Part shown: piece by piece, positions 25,506 through 37,069 of the stretch | Numbering within the stretch: the stretch's first letter is position 1 | Layout of the letters: each line of letters begins with the position of its first letter | Assembly: GCF_018977255.1 (NCBI RefSeq) | Contig: NW_024704743.1 | Coordinates: 26,538,001-26,602,000 of the forward strand | Length of the DNA stretch: 64,000 nucleotides | Direction of reading: 5' to 3' | From: Callorhinchus milii | Taxonomy: Eukaryota | Notes under the pieces: model-generated | Seen by the model: only the letters and a program-made list of their open reading frames with translations | What the model was told of the DNA's origin: nothing | Databases searched by the model: none | Position numbers and translations under genes: made by a program

Positions 25506-26924
25506 TACTCGAAAGAGTCGTCGCCTCCCAGCTGCGCTCTTTCCTCTCCACCCACTCACTTTTGGAACCCCTCCAGTCGGGTTTCCATGCTGCCCATAGC
25601 ATGGAAATCGCCCTGGTCAAGGTCACTAATGACATCTTGACCATCTGCGACCAGGGCTCCCTCTGCCTCCTCGTCCTCCTCGACCTATTGGCCGCATTCG
25701 ATACGGTCGACCACTCTATCCTCCTCCACCGCTTGTCCTCCCACCTCAGCCTTCAAGGCCCTGTCCTTGAGTGGTTTAGGTCATACCTCTCCCACCGTCT
25801 TCATTTTGTCTCTGCAAATGGCTTTTCCTCCAGCCCCCGCACTGTCTCGTGCGGTGTCCCTCAGGGCTCTGTCCTCCGTCCGCTCCTCTTCACTCTCTAT
25901 ATGTTCCCTCTTGGTGACATCATCCGCAGACGTGGGGTTAACTTCCACATGTATGCGGATGACACCCAACTCTACCTTTCCTCCTCTGCCCTCAACTCCA
26001 CGACCACCGATGTCCTGACAGCCTGCCTGTCCGACATCGAGTCCTGGACGAGGGAAAACTTTCTTCAGCTCAACGTGCGCAAAATTGAGGCCCTCCTGAT
26101 TGGCTCACGTCAGCGCCTCCGCACCTCAGGCGCTGACAGCATCAGCATCCAAGGCTGCACTCTCCACCTCTCAAAGCCAGTCAGGAACCTCAGGGTTCTG
26201 TTCGACCCTGAGCTGTCCTTTCTTCCTCATATCCGCGCCACAACTGGCACCGCCTTCCATCACCTCCTGAACATCGCCAGACTATGGCACTACCTCACCC
26301 CTCACGCTGCTGAAACTCTGGTCCACGCCTTTATCACCTCAAGGCTGGACTACAGGAACTCTCGCCTCGCCGGCCTTCCCGGCACCTCCCTCCACAAGCT
26401 GCAGGTCATTCAGAACTCTGCAGCTCATGTACTGTCCCGCACCAGACTTCGGGACCACATCACTCCCACCCTCGCTCGCCTCCACTGGCTCCCCATCCCC
26501 CAGAGGATCGAATTCAAGATCCTCATCCTCACCTACAAAGCCATTCACGGCCTTGCACCCTCCTACCTCTCCGACCTACTATCCCCCTACCTACCTGCCC
26601 GTACCCTCCGTTCCTCTGGCTTCGGTCTGCTCCACATCCCCCGCCGCAACCGTCCTACTATCGGCGGCTGGGCCTTCAGCCTCTCAGCCCCTAGGCTCTG
26701 GAACTCCATCCCCCAGTGCCTTCACCGCCTCCTCCCTTTCCTCCTTCAAGGCCGGTCTCAAGACCTTTCTCTTTGACCGTGCCTTCAGCTCCCCTCTCAA
26801 CTCTCTACCCCCTCCTCGCTCCCTCCCTTCCCTCCCCCCTGCTCGGGTCCTGACCCAACTGTACAGCGCCTTGGGACGTCCTCCCGATGTGAAAGGCGCT
26901 CAATAAATGGAATCTTGTTGTTGT
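25506..26924 (+). mobile_element. 5'-truncated L2-clade LINE (ORF2 RT and C-terminal part plus 3' tail)
   Basis: QSGF, LLDLLAAFDTVDH, GVPQGSVL, YADDTQLY, LHWLPI..RI.FK motifs in one open frame of ~420 codons; frameshift near the end; tail stem-loop plus (TTG)n. Confidence 0.95.
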
Positions 26925-27276
26925 TACCTGCCCATACCCTCCGTTCCTTTGGCTTCAGTCTGCTCCACATCCCCCGCCCTAACCGCCCTACCATCGGTGG
27001 CCGGGCTTTCAGCCTCTCAGCCCCCAGGCTCTGGAACTCCATCCCCCAGTGCCTTCGCCGCCATCCTCCCTTTCCTCCTTCAAGGCCGGTCTCAAGACCT
27101 TTCTCTTCAACTGTGCCTTCAGCTCTCCTCTCGACTCTCTACCCCCTCCTCGCTCCCTCCCTTCCCTCCCCTCACCCTGACCATTTCCCCCCTGCTCGGG
27201 TCCCGACCCAACTGTCCAGCGCCTTGGGACGTCCTCCCGACGTGAAAGGCGCTCTATAAATGGAATCTTGTTGTTG
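26925..27276 (+). mobile_element. Second tandem L2 3'-end copy
   Basis: Repeats 26592-26924 with substitutions and indels; ends in the same tggaatc(ttg)n tail. Confidence 0.92.
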
Positions 27277-28389
27277 TGCACTTCTGCTTTACATCGCAAA
27301 CTGATTGTCTTCCTGTTATGTGTGCAGTGCACAGGAAGCTTGACAGTCAGCTTTAACTGTCTTTGTAAGTGTCTTCAGTCCTAGCTAGCTTCAGCCTGAC
27401 TACTGAAACCATCTCAGAGGACTCAAATCTCAGACTCAAATCTGATCTTTCATTGCCAGGCAGTTACCTTGGAGCTTGCTCAGACCCAAAGAGATCCTGC
27501 TTACCATTCCCGTAGGAGGATAGTCACTAGTTCATTATTAGACATCTGACAAGCGCTTCCCATAAATAATAAGCAGCATATTACAATGTAATGCAATTTA
27601 CATTTATATATTGTGCCTTTCACGTTGGGAGGATATCCAGAAGTGCTTGCCAATTCTGGCTGGGTGGATTCATTTGATTATGCTATGAACCTGGTTTAGG
27701 AAGAGAACATAAGTTAGGATATCCGTAAGAAAGAATCTAAACATTTCCAAATAATCTGTTTTTCTGCTGGGCTAAAATTTCACTGACATATGTATTGTCT
27801 TGTGAAGCCAGAATAAGAATGCAACATTATATCCAATATAATAGTGAATAGCACTGTGTTTCCATTGTATCCCAGTCCAACTTGTATTAAATAGCCTTTT
27901 GCTAGACTCATGATGAATAACTCGCTACCAGCAGAAAGTGAGATATGAAACAATAAATAACAAAAGATGAAGATTTCAAGGCAGTCGCACAATTCCCGTG
28001 GGCTCAGATAATCCGGATCACTGGGGATTTGAACACACCTGGATTGCGTAACACCTTTGCAATTCATTCACTGCCCTCTGTTGATGTGTAAGGATTATGT
28101 TCATAGTGAGGTGCACAAAGGGAAAAAGATATGCCATTTCCTCATCGCTGTAAAACTAACTGCATCTATCAATGTCAAGAAATGCCATTAGACAGCTCTT
28201 GTCTACACAGTTTCCTAAATGATGACAACAATGCACTCAGCAACAAATGAGTATTTGTCTTGTGTTTGGCAAAGGCCCGGAGAGGTTACTTGCAGATGAA
28301 TACACTCTTTTATCCTATGGGAAATTAATTTCATATTCTTTTGAACCCTTACTGGCTGGGCGAGCTCCTTTCCATAATTCAACTGCAGG

Positions 28390-28935
28390 GTCCTCACCCA
28401 CACATATAAATCTCTTCACGCCCTAGCATTTTCCTATCTGTTGGATCTGCTTGTACCCTCCCTCCCTCAACTCCTTTGCCTCGCCCCCTCCTTCCCCATC
28501 TTCAGGTCGTGCCTGAAAACCTTCCTCTTCGACTGCGCCTACGGTCCCCTTCCCCCTCCCCCTGGCTCGGCCTCGGGCTCCGCCATTGTTAAGTGCTCCG
28601 AGATGCTACCCGGGGTGGAGGGCACTATATAAATGCAAGTTGTTATTGCTGTTGTGTTGTTGTACCCCACACCTCTCTTCACCCCCTCCACTCAACTAAC
28701 ACAGACCTGCTTCCATACTATTCCAATACCATGTCTCTGACCTCTGTAACTCCCTGCTTCTATCTCTCCATCTTGCCACCTCTATCTTTAAATCCCACCT
28801 TAAAATCTACTTTCTTAACTGTGCCTATCATCACCTCCCCGTCTCCTTTGCCTGGCGCCCAACCCCACTATTGTGATATGTTCCCTGATGTTATTCAATG
28901 TGATGGCAGGTTTATAAATGCATGTTTTTGTTGTT
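28390..28935 (+). mobile_element. Two tandem degenerate L2 3' ends
   Basis: CLKTFLFD motif; two tails ending tataaatgca(agt/tgt)tgtt. Confidence 0.75.
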
Positions 28936-29329
28936 AGAGGTAACGGGGCTCAAAAAGTGCTCAACGAAAAAAAAAAAAAATCCTCATAAGTTTGACTCTC
29001 AGTCTGTGCTGAGTTTTGTTAAATGTTTGTGTGTGAATGTCAAGTGAGGATAGGATTGAGTTTGGCTGTGATGATCCCCACGGTTGAACAGCCTGCCATC
29101 TCTGACTGAGTTCACGCATGAAGGTTGGACACTTATGGGAGGGGTTGGATGTTAGCCAGCGAGCATGGAGTCATACACACGATGCCTTTAGTGGAGATCG
29201 AGACAGGGAGAGAACTGTCAACAACAGAATAGAATGAAGGTAAACATGAAATTCTGGCATTGGAGACTTTTTAACAATTAAACTTTGTTTTGTGGGATGT
29301 AAAAGGTGCGATTCTCAAACTGGATTTTG

Positions 29330-29973
29330 TGGAATGTTAAATGACCAACTCATGACTATCCTCAGGGTTGGGGTGGAGGTTGGGGGGTGGGTGCTAAGCG
29401 GGATTTCCTTGGAGCTGAACTGGTTCCAAGGTGGCACATTTATTACTGAATGTTAGAATCGAGTCGGCTCTCTGCGGTGGTCTCCATCATCCAGTTTCTG
29501 AGCCAGGCAGGTCCGCAGTACTCCAGAGCACTGCTGACGACAGCCAGGATGGCTCAATGGAATTGTTATGGCAAAACAGTCACTGAGAACTCTTCCTACT
29601 CAGCTCCTATTAACCCTGAAAGCCAAAGCCCTAACTGGTAAGGTGATCCTCGCTGGACAAGCAGCAGAAAAACTTGCCAGGCACCGATTTCAATGACAAG
29701 CTATGCGGGTTTAGCTGGGTGTACTCCAGCAGTGCCCAATGTACACTCTGGCATTCCTAATCCTTGACTCTTGCCAACCTGCACCTAATACTTTCCGGAA
29801 TTAGGTAAGCAGGATGTGTCCCTTCAGGGAGAGAGTGCGCATTCTATTCCAACAATCTAACTCTGGGATTTCCATGTGTAGGTGGGATGCATGGAAATCT
29901 CAGCTTGGTTTGGATACTCTTAAGCATGGTGATGGGTTTCCGCCTGTGTGAGACACTCGGCTGACCAAAAAAA
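29330..29973. repeat. Unclassified ~600-bp dispersed repeat (family X), long copy
   Basis: Colinear with 59170-59746 and 9800-10270; ends ...ggatactcttaagcatggtgatgggtttcc...ctgaccAAAAAAA. Confidence 0.85.
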
Positions 29974-30586
29974 TGTTGTGTTAACTGCAACCTCTGGTGT
30001 GGCAAGTATCAGATTGCAAAACTATCAGATTCACTTTGAGTGAATTGCAACTTCCAAGCTGGCCAAGTCTGAACAAAGCCCGAAAGAGCAAAATGCTTCT
30101 AGATTTATAATTTGCAATTTTTGCTAGCTTGTTATCGTGGTTAAGAATACAAATCCAGTTTATAAATGAACATTTTAGATGTCTCTATTTTCCTCCATTC
30201 CTTGGATGGATATGTAAAACAGTAAGCGGGGTAGGGAGAACTATTCTGTGTATCCTATATTTAGTTGATTTGTCTGAATCATTATAGTCTGACGCAAAGT
30301 GCACTTTTAGTATTTAAAGGTAACTTTGGAACTATGGCCTTCAACTACGGTTACACACAAACCTCTCATTCTTAGAATACTTGGGTCTAATTAATTTGGT
30401 AAACTGCTCCCCAGTATGGTTTGTGTCAATGGTACTTATCTGTGCCAATACTGAGATGAGCAAAGCAGCCCTTATCAAATGTGATTTAATTGTCTGTACA
30501 TTACTGTTTTTGAATGAAGATAATTGAAATTTCTGTTTCCTCTACTTATCAGTAAGTCAGGTCTTTGTTTTGTTTTGGGTTGCCAG

Positions 30587-31115
30587 TTGGTACACATCAC
30601 AATTAGATGAGAGTTCATGTCACTGTGCACTTGATAAATCTTCCTTCCCAGACAACAGTACCTTTATGTTCAGACTTGTTAAGTTATATTCTGATTCCAA
30701 ATGCACAGTTCAAGGTTCACAGTGCCTCAGTGATTGGAGCTAATCTGTGCAAACCTCAGTACCTTGGCAATGTGTTACATGTGTCTGCACAAAGTACTGA
30801 TTATGGACGTCAGCTAACAACTAGGAAATCATTACTGATGATTGTAGGGCCCGCTGCATTCTTCATTTTTAGAGGGAGGAAAAGAGAATAATTAGAAAGA
30901 TTCTGAACGTAAGGTTACTTGATGATTAGGCAGCATATGTGGATCACCGTGGGTAGGTGGATGTGGTAGCAATGGGCTACCTTGAACCTTGAACTGTGCA
31001 TTTGGAATCAGAATACAACTTAACAAGTCTGAACATAAAGGTACTGTTGTCTGGGAAGGAAGATTTATCAAGAGCGCAGTGACACGAACCCTCATCTAAT
31101 TGTGATGTGTACCAA
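30587..31115. repeat. Long inverted repeat: 133-bp arms (30587-30719 / 30983-31115), 263-bp spacer
   Basis: Direct reading: 5 mismatches in 133 bp; also visible as twin ORFs 30607+ and 31095-. Confidence 0.97.
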
Positions 31116-31164
31116 TTGCTTGCTTTCAGTGATGCTATGTTTGTTTCTTTTATCATTCTTCAAG

Positions 31165-31251
31165 GTTGCCATTCCAAATGCCATAAACTCTGTCCTGGTT
31201 TTGGTGGAAAAGGAATCCGCATTCAGACCTGAGAGGGATACAGCTGTCCAG
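31165..31251 (+). CDS. PLEKHG4B: Coding exon f (87 bp), VAIPNAINSVLVLVEKE...AVQ
   Basis: ttcttcaag|GTTG ... TCCAG|gtataa; phase 0->0. Confidence 0.88.
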
Positions 31252-31383
31252 GTATAAAGTATTTTCAGTGACCTGTTTGCTCAAATAGGAAGTTGTGGCA
31301 TTTGTGTGCACGCACGCATTGTGATCTCTTGTTCCAAAGCCAGTGTTAATTAATGTTTATTTCCCTCTTTGTCCTCAACACAG

Positions 31384-31500
31384 TATGAAATCCTGACATC
31401 GTTGAAAGCTTTACACAAGCACGTTGACAGCAGTCAGCTGACACAGGAGTTTGATGGAACATTCCGGCACAATCACGACGACTGGATCCGCTTCCGTATG
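31384..31500 (+). CDS. PLEKHG4B: Coding exon g (117 bp), YEILTSLKALHKHVDSSQLTQEFDGTF...WIRFRM
   Basis: aacacag|TATG ... CGTATG|gttggt; QLT.EF.G....H..W motif ends the Sec14-like domain. Confidence 0.92.
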
Positions 31501-31524
31501 GTTGGTACTATAAAAAAATAATAA

Positions 31525-31780
31525 TAATCCTTGCCCTTGATATAGCACCTTGGCCCATTATTGAAATGTCTCAAAGCACTTCACAGGGTTTACAGAATGT
31601 AGTAGCTGTGTGTTTTGTAGGTCAAAGAAATGCGACAGACAATTTGCGCACAGTAATGTCTCACAAACAGCCATGAAGTGACTGCCCATTTTTACCTGGA
31701 GGATTGCTGGCCAGGACACTAGAAGAATCTCCTTTCTCTTTTTAAATTATGTCACGAGAGCTTCGACATCCACCTGAATA
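31525..31780 (-). mobile_element. Deu SINE family 2 3' part
   Basis: Tail plus Deu core just after exon g. Confidence 0.7.
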
Positions 31781-33881
31781 GTAAAAACAACAACGTGCAC
31801 TTATATAGTGCGCCTCATGCAGGGTAGTGTCCCAGAGAGCTTCGTAGTGGAGGAGCACGACTTTCATAAGGTAATAAGCTAATCAGTTAATGCCTCATCT
31901 GAAGAATAAATTTGCATGCTGCGATAGATTAGTCAGATTCACTTTGCAGTATATTCTGTGAAGCATTTTGAGACGACTTGATAAGGTGCTACATCAAATG
32001 CAAGGATTATTATTTATTATTTCCAAGAAATGGAAATTGGGGGGTGGCGGGGCTGGATTATCCAAAATGTGTTCAAGCGAGTCAGAGGAATGAGCAGTTA
32101 TATGTGTATTAATGACTGACTGAATAAATAATTACTGTACTCGGATGACATCTCAGAGTAATGAAAGGAAATTAAATAAGGTATTAATTTACAGTCACCA
32201 ATGCTCTGTTTGCTGTCAATTCAGCCTGAATGGAGTTGGGTGGCTAATTTGAAGACTAGCGCATATTCAAATATTTCTTTCGAAAACAATGTGGAGGCAG
32301 AGGGGGAGAGGTTGTTGGTGCAATGTCTTAGATGTTACCATTTCACATCTGGTACTTACAGAGGTTTAAATCCTGTCCAGACAAATAGGATGGATGAAAG
32401 CCTTCTGTCTCGTGGCTTCAGGGGGAGAATTTCCACCTGCGTTTAGTTTTACTCTATTTATTTAGCACTTAGAGTGTCTAGGATTTGGCAAATTCTTGAA
32501 TTCAGTCTTATCTTTGAAACTGTCTTTTTCTCCTGGCTCTTGAAAGAACTTACAGAAATTTGGCTTTAAAATTGAGGCAGTTTTTAACAATTTGCCAAAT
32601 TCTGCATGCTCTGAAATAATAATAATCCTTGCATTTGATATAGCACTTTATCATGTTGTTGAGTCGTATCAAAGCGCTTCACAGGATATACTGTAAATTG
32701 TAGTGACCGTGTATTTTGTGGGTGATTGCTAATAAAATGGAATAAATATAGATCCCGGTGGAATTTCTACCATATTATGTGGTGTTCCTAGTAGTTCACA
32801 GCATGAAATTGCTTATTCTAACATTAATGTTTGTTCAATCTCACCCAAGTCAGGCCACAGGGTGGTCAATGTGCTGCTGGAAAATATCACGGTGGTGGAG
32901 TACAGTGTTTGCTCTGTGGTTAGGCCAGGAGCACATTGTTTGGGGCCTAGATGAGGGACCTTTCCTCTCCATGTAAACGTGTTGAACCTAATGCTTGACA
33001 TTCACAAGGGTGTCCGAAATGTCAAAGCATTTCAATGCTAACATCCATGATCTTAATATCCACATAATCTATTGGATATCCCACACTGACAATCTCATAT
33101 CACACTAACCATCTCAACATTTGCGACATCTCAGAGTGAGATTCCAGAGTGTTTAATTCTCAGCAGTTTATGCTGTGGATGCATAAACAGTAGTGGCTTG
33201 GTTGAAACTGTACAAACTGATTTCATGCAATAACCCTGCAGCCAATTTAATGAGAAGAGACTTTCAACCCCATCAATCAAGGCTGGAATTGAATCTAAGA
33301 ACTGGTGAGGATAATGGTCCACTCGATCCCTAGGTATTCCAAATCTCTGAGAATTAGGTGCATCAGTCTTGTACTGTGTGCTTTTAATGGGGGTCATTCA
33401 TGTATATGTACAAGGATTGGCAACATTGTTCAGCACTGACTCACTGAACTTGAAAGTGAATGAGATTGATAAAACCGAGGAGATTCCAGTAATGGTGTTT
33501 GAAATTAAGGGAACAATCTGCTGGCAGGTTCTATTGCCATTTATCGGATCTGGCATTGGCATGAACCCAGCCTCTGAACTGCCTCTTGTTTTCACTCGCG
33601 CTTATTCGTAACTTATAAAACTTTCTAAAACAGCCTCTTTTGAGCGCTTTCTGATGTCTAAATACAGTTACTGCGCCATTAAATTCTGCGACTGAAGAGC
33701 TTGATAACTTTGAGCTAGGTTTCTAGCATTTTAAGTATTTGTTGCCCCTCAATTGATACAGGCATTGCTCTGTGTGGAACTGGGTCATACAGACTAGGAA
33801 GGTTTATTTGAGCCTAGGTCTGCACTGAATGAGCTGATTTCCAGCAGGTTGGGGACAGGAATAGTCCTCATAATAGTCCTC

Positions 33882-34265
33882 ACAACAACAACTTGCACTT
33901 ACATAGTGCCCTCCACGCAGCGTAGCGTCTCAGAACGCTTAACAGTGGCGGAGCCTGACTCCGAGCTGGGAATGGCGGGATGGTGGAAAGCGGAGGAGGC
34001 CATAAGCATGGTCGAAGAGGAAGATTTTCAAGCAGGACTTGAAAAAGGAGAGAGGGGTGGAAAGTTGGAGGGATTGAGGGAGAGTGTTCCAGAGTTTCGA
34101 CGCGTAGTGGCTGAAAGCGCGACCTCCGATGGTGGGGTGGAGGGTGCGAGGGATGAGCAGGTGGCCAGTGCCAGTCGAGCGGAGGCGGTGGATTGGGGAG
34201 TGAGGAGGTCGGAGATCTAGGGAGGTGCCAGAGAGTGAAGGGATTTGAACACGAGTGTGAGGATC
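33882..34265 (-). mobile_element. L2 3' end
   Basis: IGGRAFSHYASKLWNTLP..LKIFLFD; (CAA)n tail. Confidence 0.88.
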
Positions 34266-34387
34266 CATTCAGTGATGGATCTCAGTGCCCCTGGTATTGG
34301 GAGGTAAAAAACTACTGTATTGTGTAACTAATGCAACCGTATTTTAGCAAACTGCTATAAGACAGTTGTTTTTTTGTGCCATTACAG

Positions 34388-34486
34388 AAGTTGGAGCCAT
34401 TCATGATGGGCTGTCGAGAAGCCCTCATCTACCTGCAAACTTCCATCAACAGCCTGAATGCCAGCAAAATACCCGGCACTGAACAG
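34388..34486 (+). CDS. PLEKHG4B: Coding exon h (99 bp), KLEPFMMGCREA...TEQ
   Basis: attacag|AAG ... ACAG|gtaacc; phase 0->0. Confidence 0.9.
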
Positions 34487-34988
34487 GTAACCTCTCTCCA
34501 CACTGCATGTTTCTTCCTCGGAGCAGATGTGCTTCCGTTTTTGTTTTTGTTTGATATTATGACAAATAAAACACTTTTCACAAACTGGTGATGCTTCTTA
34601 ACAGATTCGATGCTGCGTTATGTTTTACAATAAGGTTATTAAAGTTAGAAATGGTCCCAGCTTTCGTTCATATTTCTAAATACACCAAATTCCCAAGTAC
34701 CCACCCAATGGATTCTGCATGTTTGCTCCTGCATATTATACTCACTCTTACCCCTCCCCATGAGGCAGTGCATTCCATATTAACAAAGCATTGCAGTTTT
34801 TGGAGGATAGGTGTGTCACGGCACCCTTGGACATAATACCCTGCAAATTTGAGAGCAGATTTACAGAGTACCCATTTAACTCATTTTTTATGGGGGAGTG
34901 TCAACTGGGTGATCATGTGTTGTATACACCCAGTCTTTCTGGGAGCAGGAAGTGAGCCATTGTGAAATCCAGACCCTGCTTTTCTCAG

Positions 34989-35131
34989 GAAGTCGTTGAT
35001 CTCATTACCAAGCACAAGACAATGATGAAGTGCGTACTGGAAGACACACGGCTGGTTGGATTGCGGCTGGAAGGCGGAACAGTTCTCGCCAGGATTAGGA
35101 AAGAGGAGTTCTGTGATACTGAGGACTATAG
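34989..35131 (+). CDS. PLEKHG4B: Coding exon i (143 bp), EVVDLITKHK...LRLEGGTVLARIRKEE
   Basis: tttctcag|GAAG ... TATAG|gtagga; L..EGG.VLAR family motif; phase 0->2. Confidence 0.92.
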
Positions 35132-35154
35132 GTAGGATCTTTTTGGTTAATTTG

Positions 35155-35415
35155 CTTGTCCCTCGTGTCTTCTGCTCCACCATTGGCAGCCATGCTTTCA
35201 GACACTACACCCTGAAATTCTGGAACACTCTCCCTCAATCCCTCCTCCATGTCCCCTCCTCCCCATTTTCAGGTCGCGTCTGATGATCTTCCTCTTCGAC
35301 TGTGCTTACAGTCACCTTCGCCCTCCCTCCAGGTTGGCATCTTGCTTTGCCACTGTTAAGTGCTCTGAAACACTACCCTGTATGAGGGGCACTATATATA
35401 TGCAATTGTTGTTGT
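35155..35415 (+). mobile_element. L2 3' end
   Basis: IGSHAFRHYTLKFWNTLP; tail gcactatatatgcaattgttgttg. Confidence 0.8.
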
Positions 35416-35484
35416 GAGGGAATGCTTTGAGGATTAACCTCCCTGACCTCCCCCCCTCCCAAAAAAAACATACTCCAGATGTAA

Positions 35485-35690
35485 TAACAATAATAATCGT
35501 TGCATTTGACATAGCGCCTTATCTCAAAGAGATATCTCAAAACACTTCACAGAATACACTGTAAAGTGTAGTGACTGTGTGTTTTGCAGGCGAAATGTGG
35601 CTGCCAATTGCACACAGCAGTGTCCCACAAACAGTCGTGGATTGAGTGATCAAATTATTTTTTAAAAAAATTTCTTTAAGGAATTATTAC
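35485..35690 (-). mobile_element. SINE family 1 3' half
   Basis: Tail plus Deu core. Confidence 0.8.
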
Positions 35691-36930
35691 TCATTTAATT
35701 AATTAAGTACATAATGTTGGCGAGATCTCCTCATCGCTTAGTGTATGTGTGTATAGTTGTGATTCTGTAATTGTTTAGCTACAATATAAAGTGTTAGACT
35801 GTGTATCAGTCTGACAGTTTGTTAATATGCTATACAAGTCTGTGTCTCATTGCTCATTTAGGATAATAACAGGATTTCAGGCATCTTTGAGATTCACTGC
35901 TTCCAAAAAATGATACCTTTGATTTTAATTGAAGGCCAGTGATAATAAATCACAGCACTGATTATAATGGGATGACGTCCTAAATTAGTACATTGCAGTC
36001 ATTTACATAACTCTAGCAAATATTCCTCTTATCCCCTTTGTGTGCAGGAAATGTGTTTACGAAACTCGAAGGCACAATTAGGATTCCTTTTTCATTTCTT
36101 AAGTCACAAAAGCAGAAGTCAGGAAATGCATTTGATCACAGTATGTTTAGCAGCAAACTAAGTAATGATTTGTGTCAAGCATGTGTCACCAAGCTAGGGG
36201 TGAAATGAAGATTTGGTATTGTATAGCTGTTGTCAGCCTACGCATGTGGCCATGACAAGCTCTGATCTATACAGCGCATTTGTGTTATTGGCCATGTTTG
36301 TGCATGGCAGGACAGGGGCATGACCTGTCTGTACTGTGTCTCTCTTGTATCTCACTGACACCACCGTTTGACTTTTATGTAGTAATGTATTACTACATAC
36401 TACATTAGATATTAATGTACCAAGATTTTGTTTTTGGTGGGGGGACATTTTAGCATTATGAGCAGCCCTTCCAAAACAGAGGGGAATTAATTGACAAGCA
36501 GAGAATAACCATCATAGTTCATTATATAAAGGGAGTTTACATGGTTTATTGCGATGCAATTCCACTTACCACAGGCTATTTATGAATCCTGCTAGGGATA
36601 TACAACTTCATATTGAAAATACAGTATTAATATTTGAAATTCAAAAGTTAATTGTCATAGATGAACTACTCTGGAGGATTGAATGCTTGTAAGTTGGCAT
36701 TTGTTAATAATGTGCTTTTAAGTCATTTGAAAAGTAATGTTCTTGATTGAAACATGCTCCATTCCAGAAATAGGTAAATTTCCAAATGTATGTCGAACTC
36801 TCAACAGTTTGTTTTGGGTAATCCTAACTATGGGTTTCTGCACGTCACAGACACCCCATTGACCAATACACTATACAATCTCTGCAATGGAGATTTTTAA
36901 GCACTCACTAAAGTCTATCTTTCAATGTAG

Positions 36931-37069
36931 GGATGCAATCGACAGCATCACATTGCTGTACAATCGAGTGGATGAAGAGGTACACAAACTGGTGATACTA
37001 TCCAACAAGTCCCTACAGCAGCTGGAGATCCTGTTGGAGCTGAGGCAGTTTGAGGAGGGCTGCAGTAAG
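36931..37069 (+). CDS. PLEKHG4B: Coding exon j (139 bp), spectrin-like helix LYNRVDEEVHKLVILSN
   Basis: aatgtag|GGAT ... TAAG|gtgaga; phase 2->0. Confidence 0.92.

Noticed and set aside
25457..26776. 439-aa ORF as a host gene or domesticated RT
   Set aside because: 5'-truncated L2 ORF2 with no endonuclease, no real start codon, a terminal frameshift and a retroposon tail.
30607..31095. Two similar small ORFs on opposite strands (MRVHVTV... / MRVRVTA...)
   Set aside because: By-product of the inverted repeat; no coding evidence.
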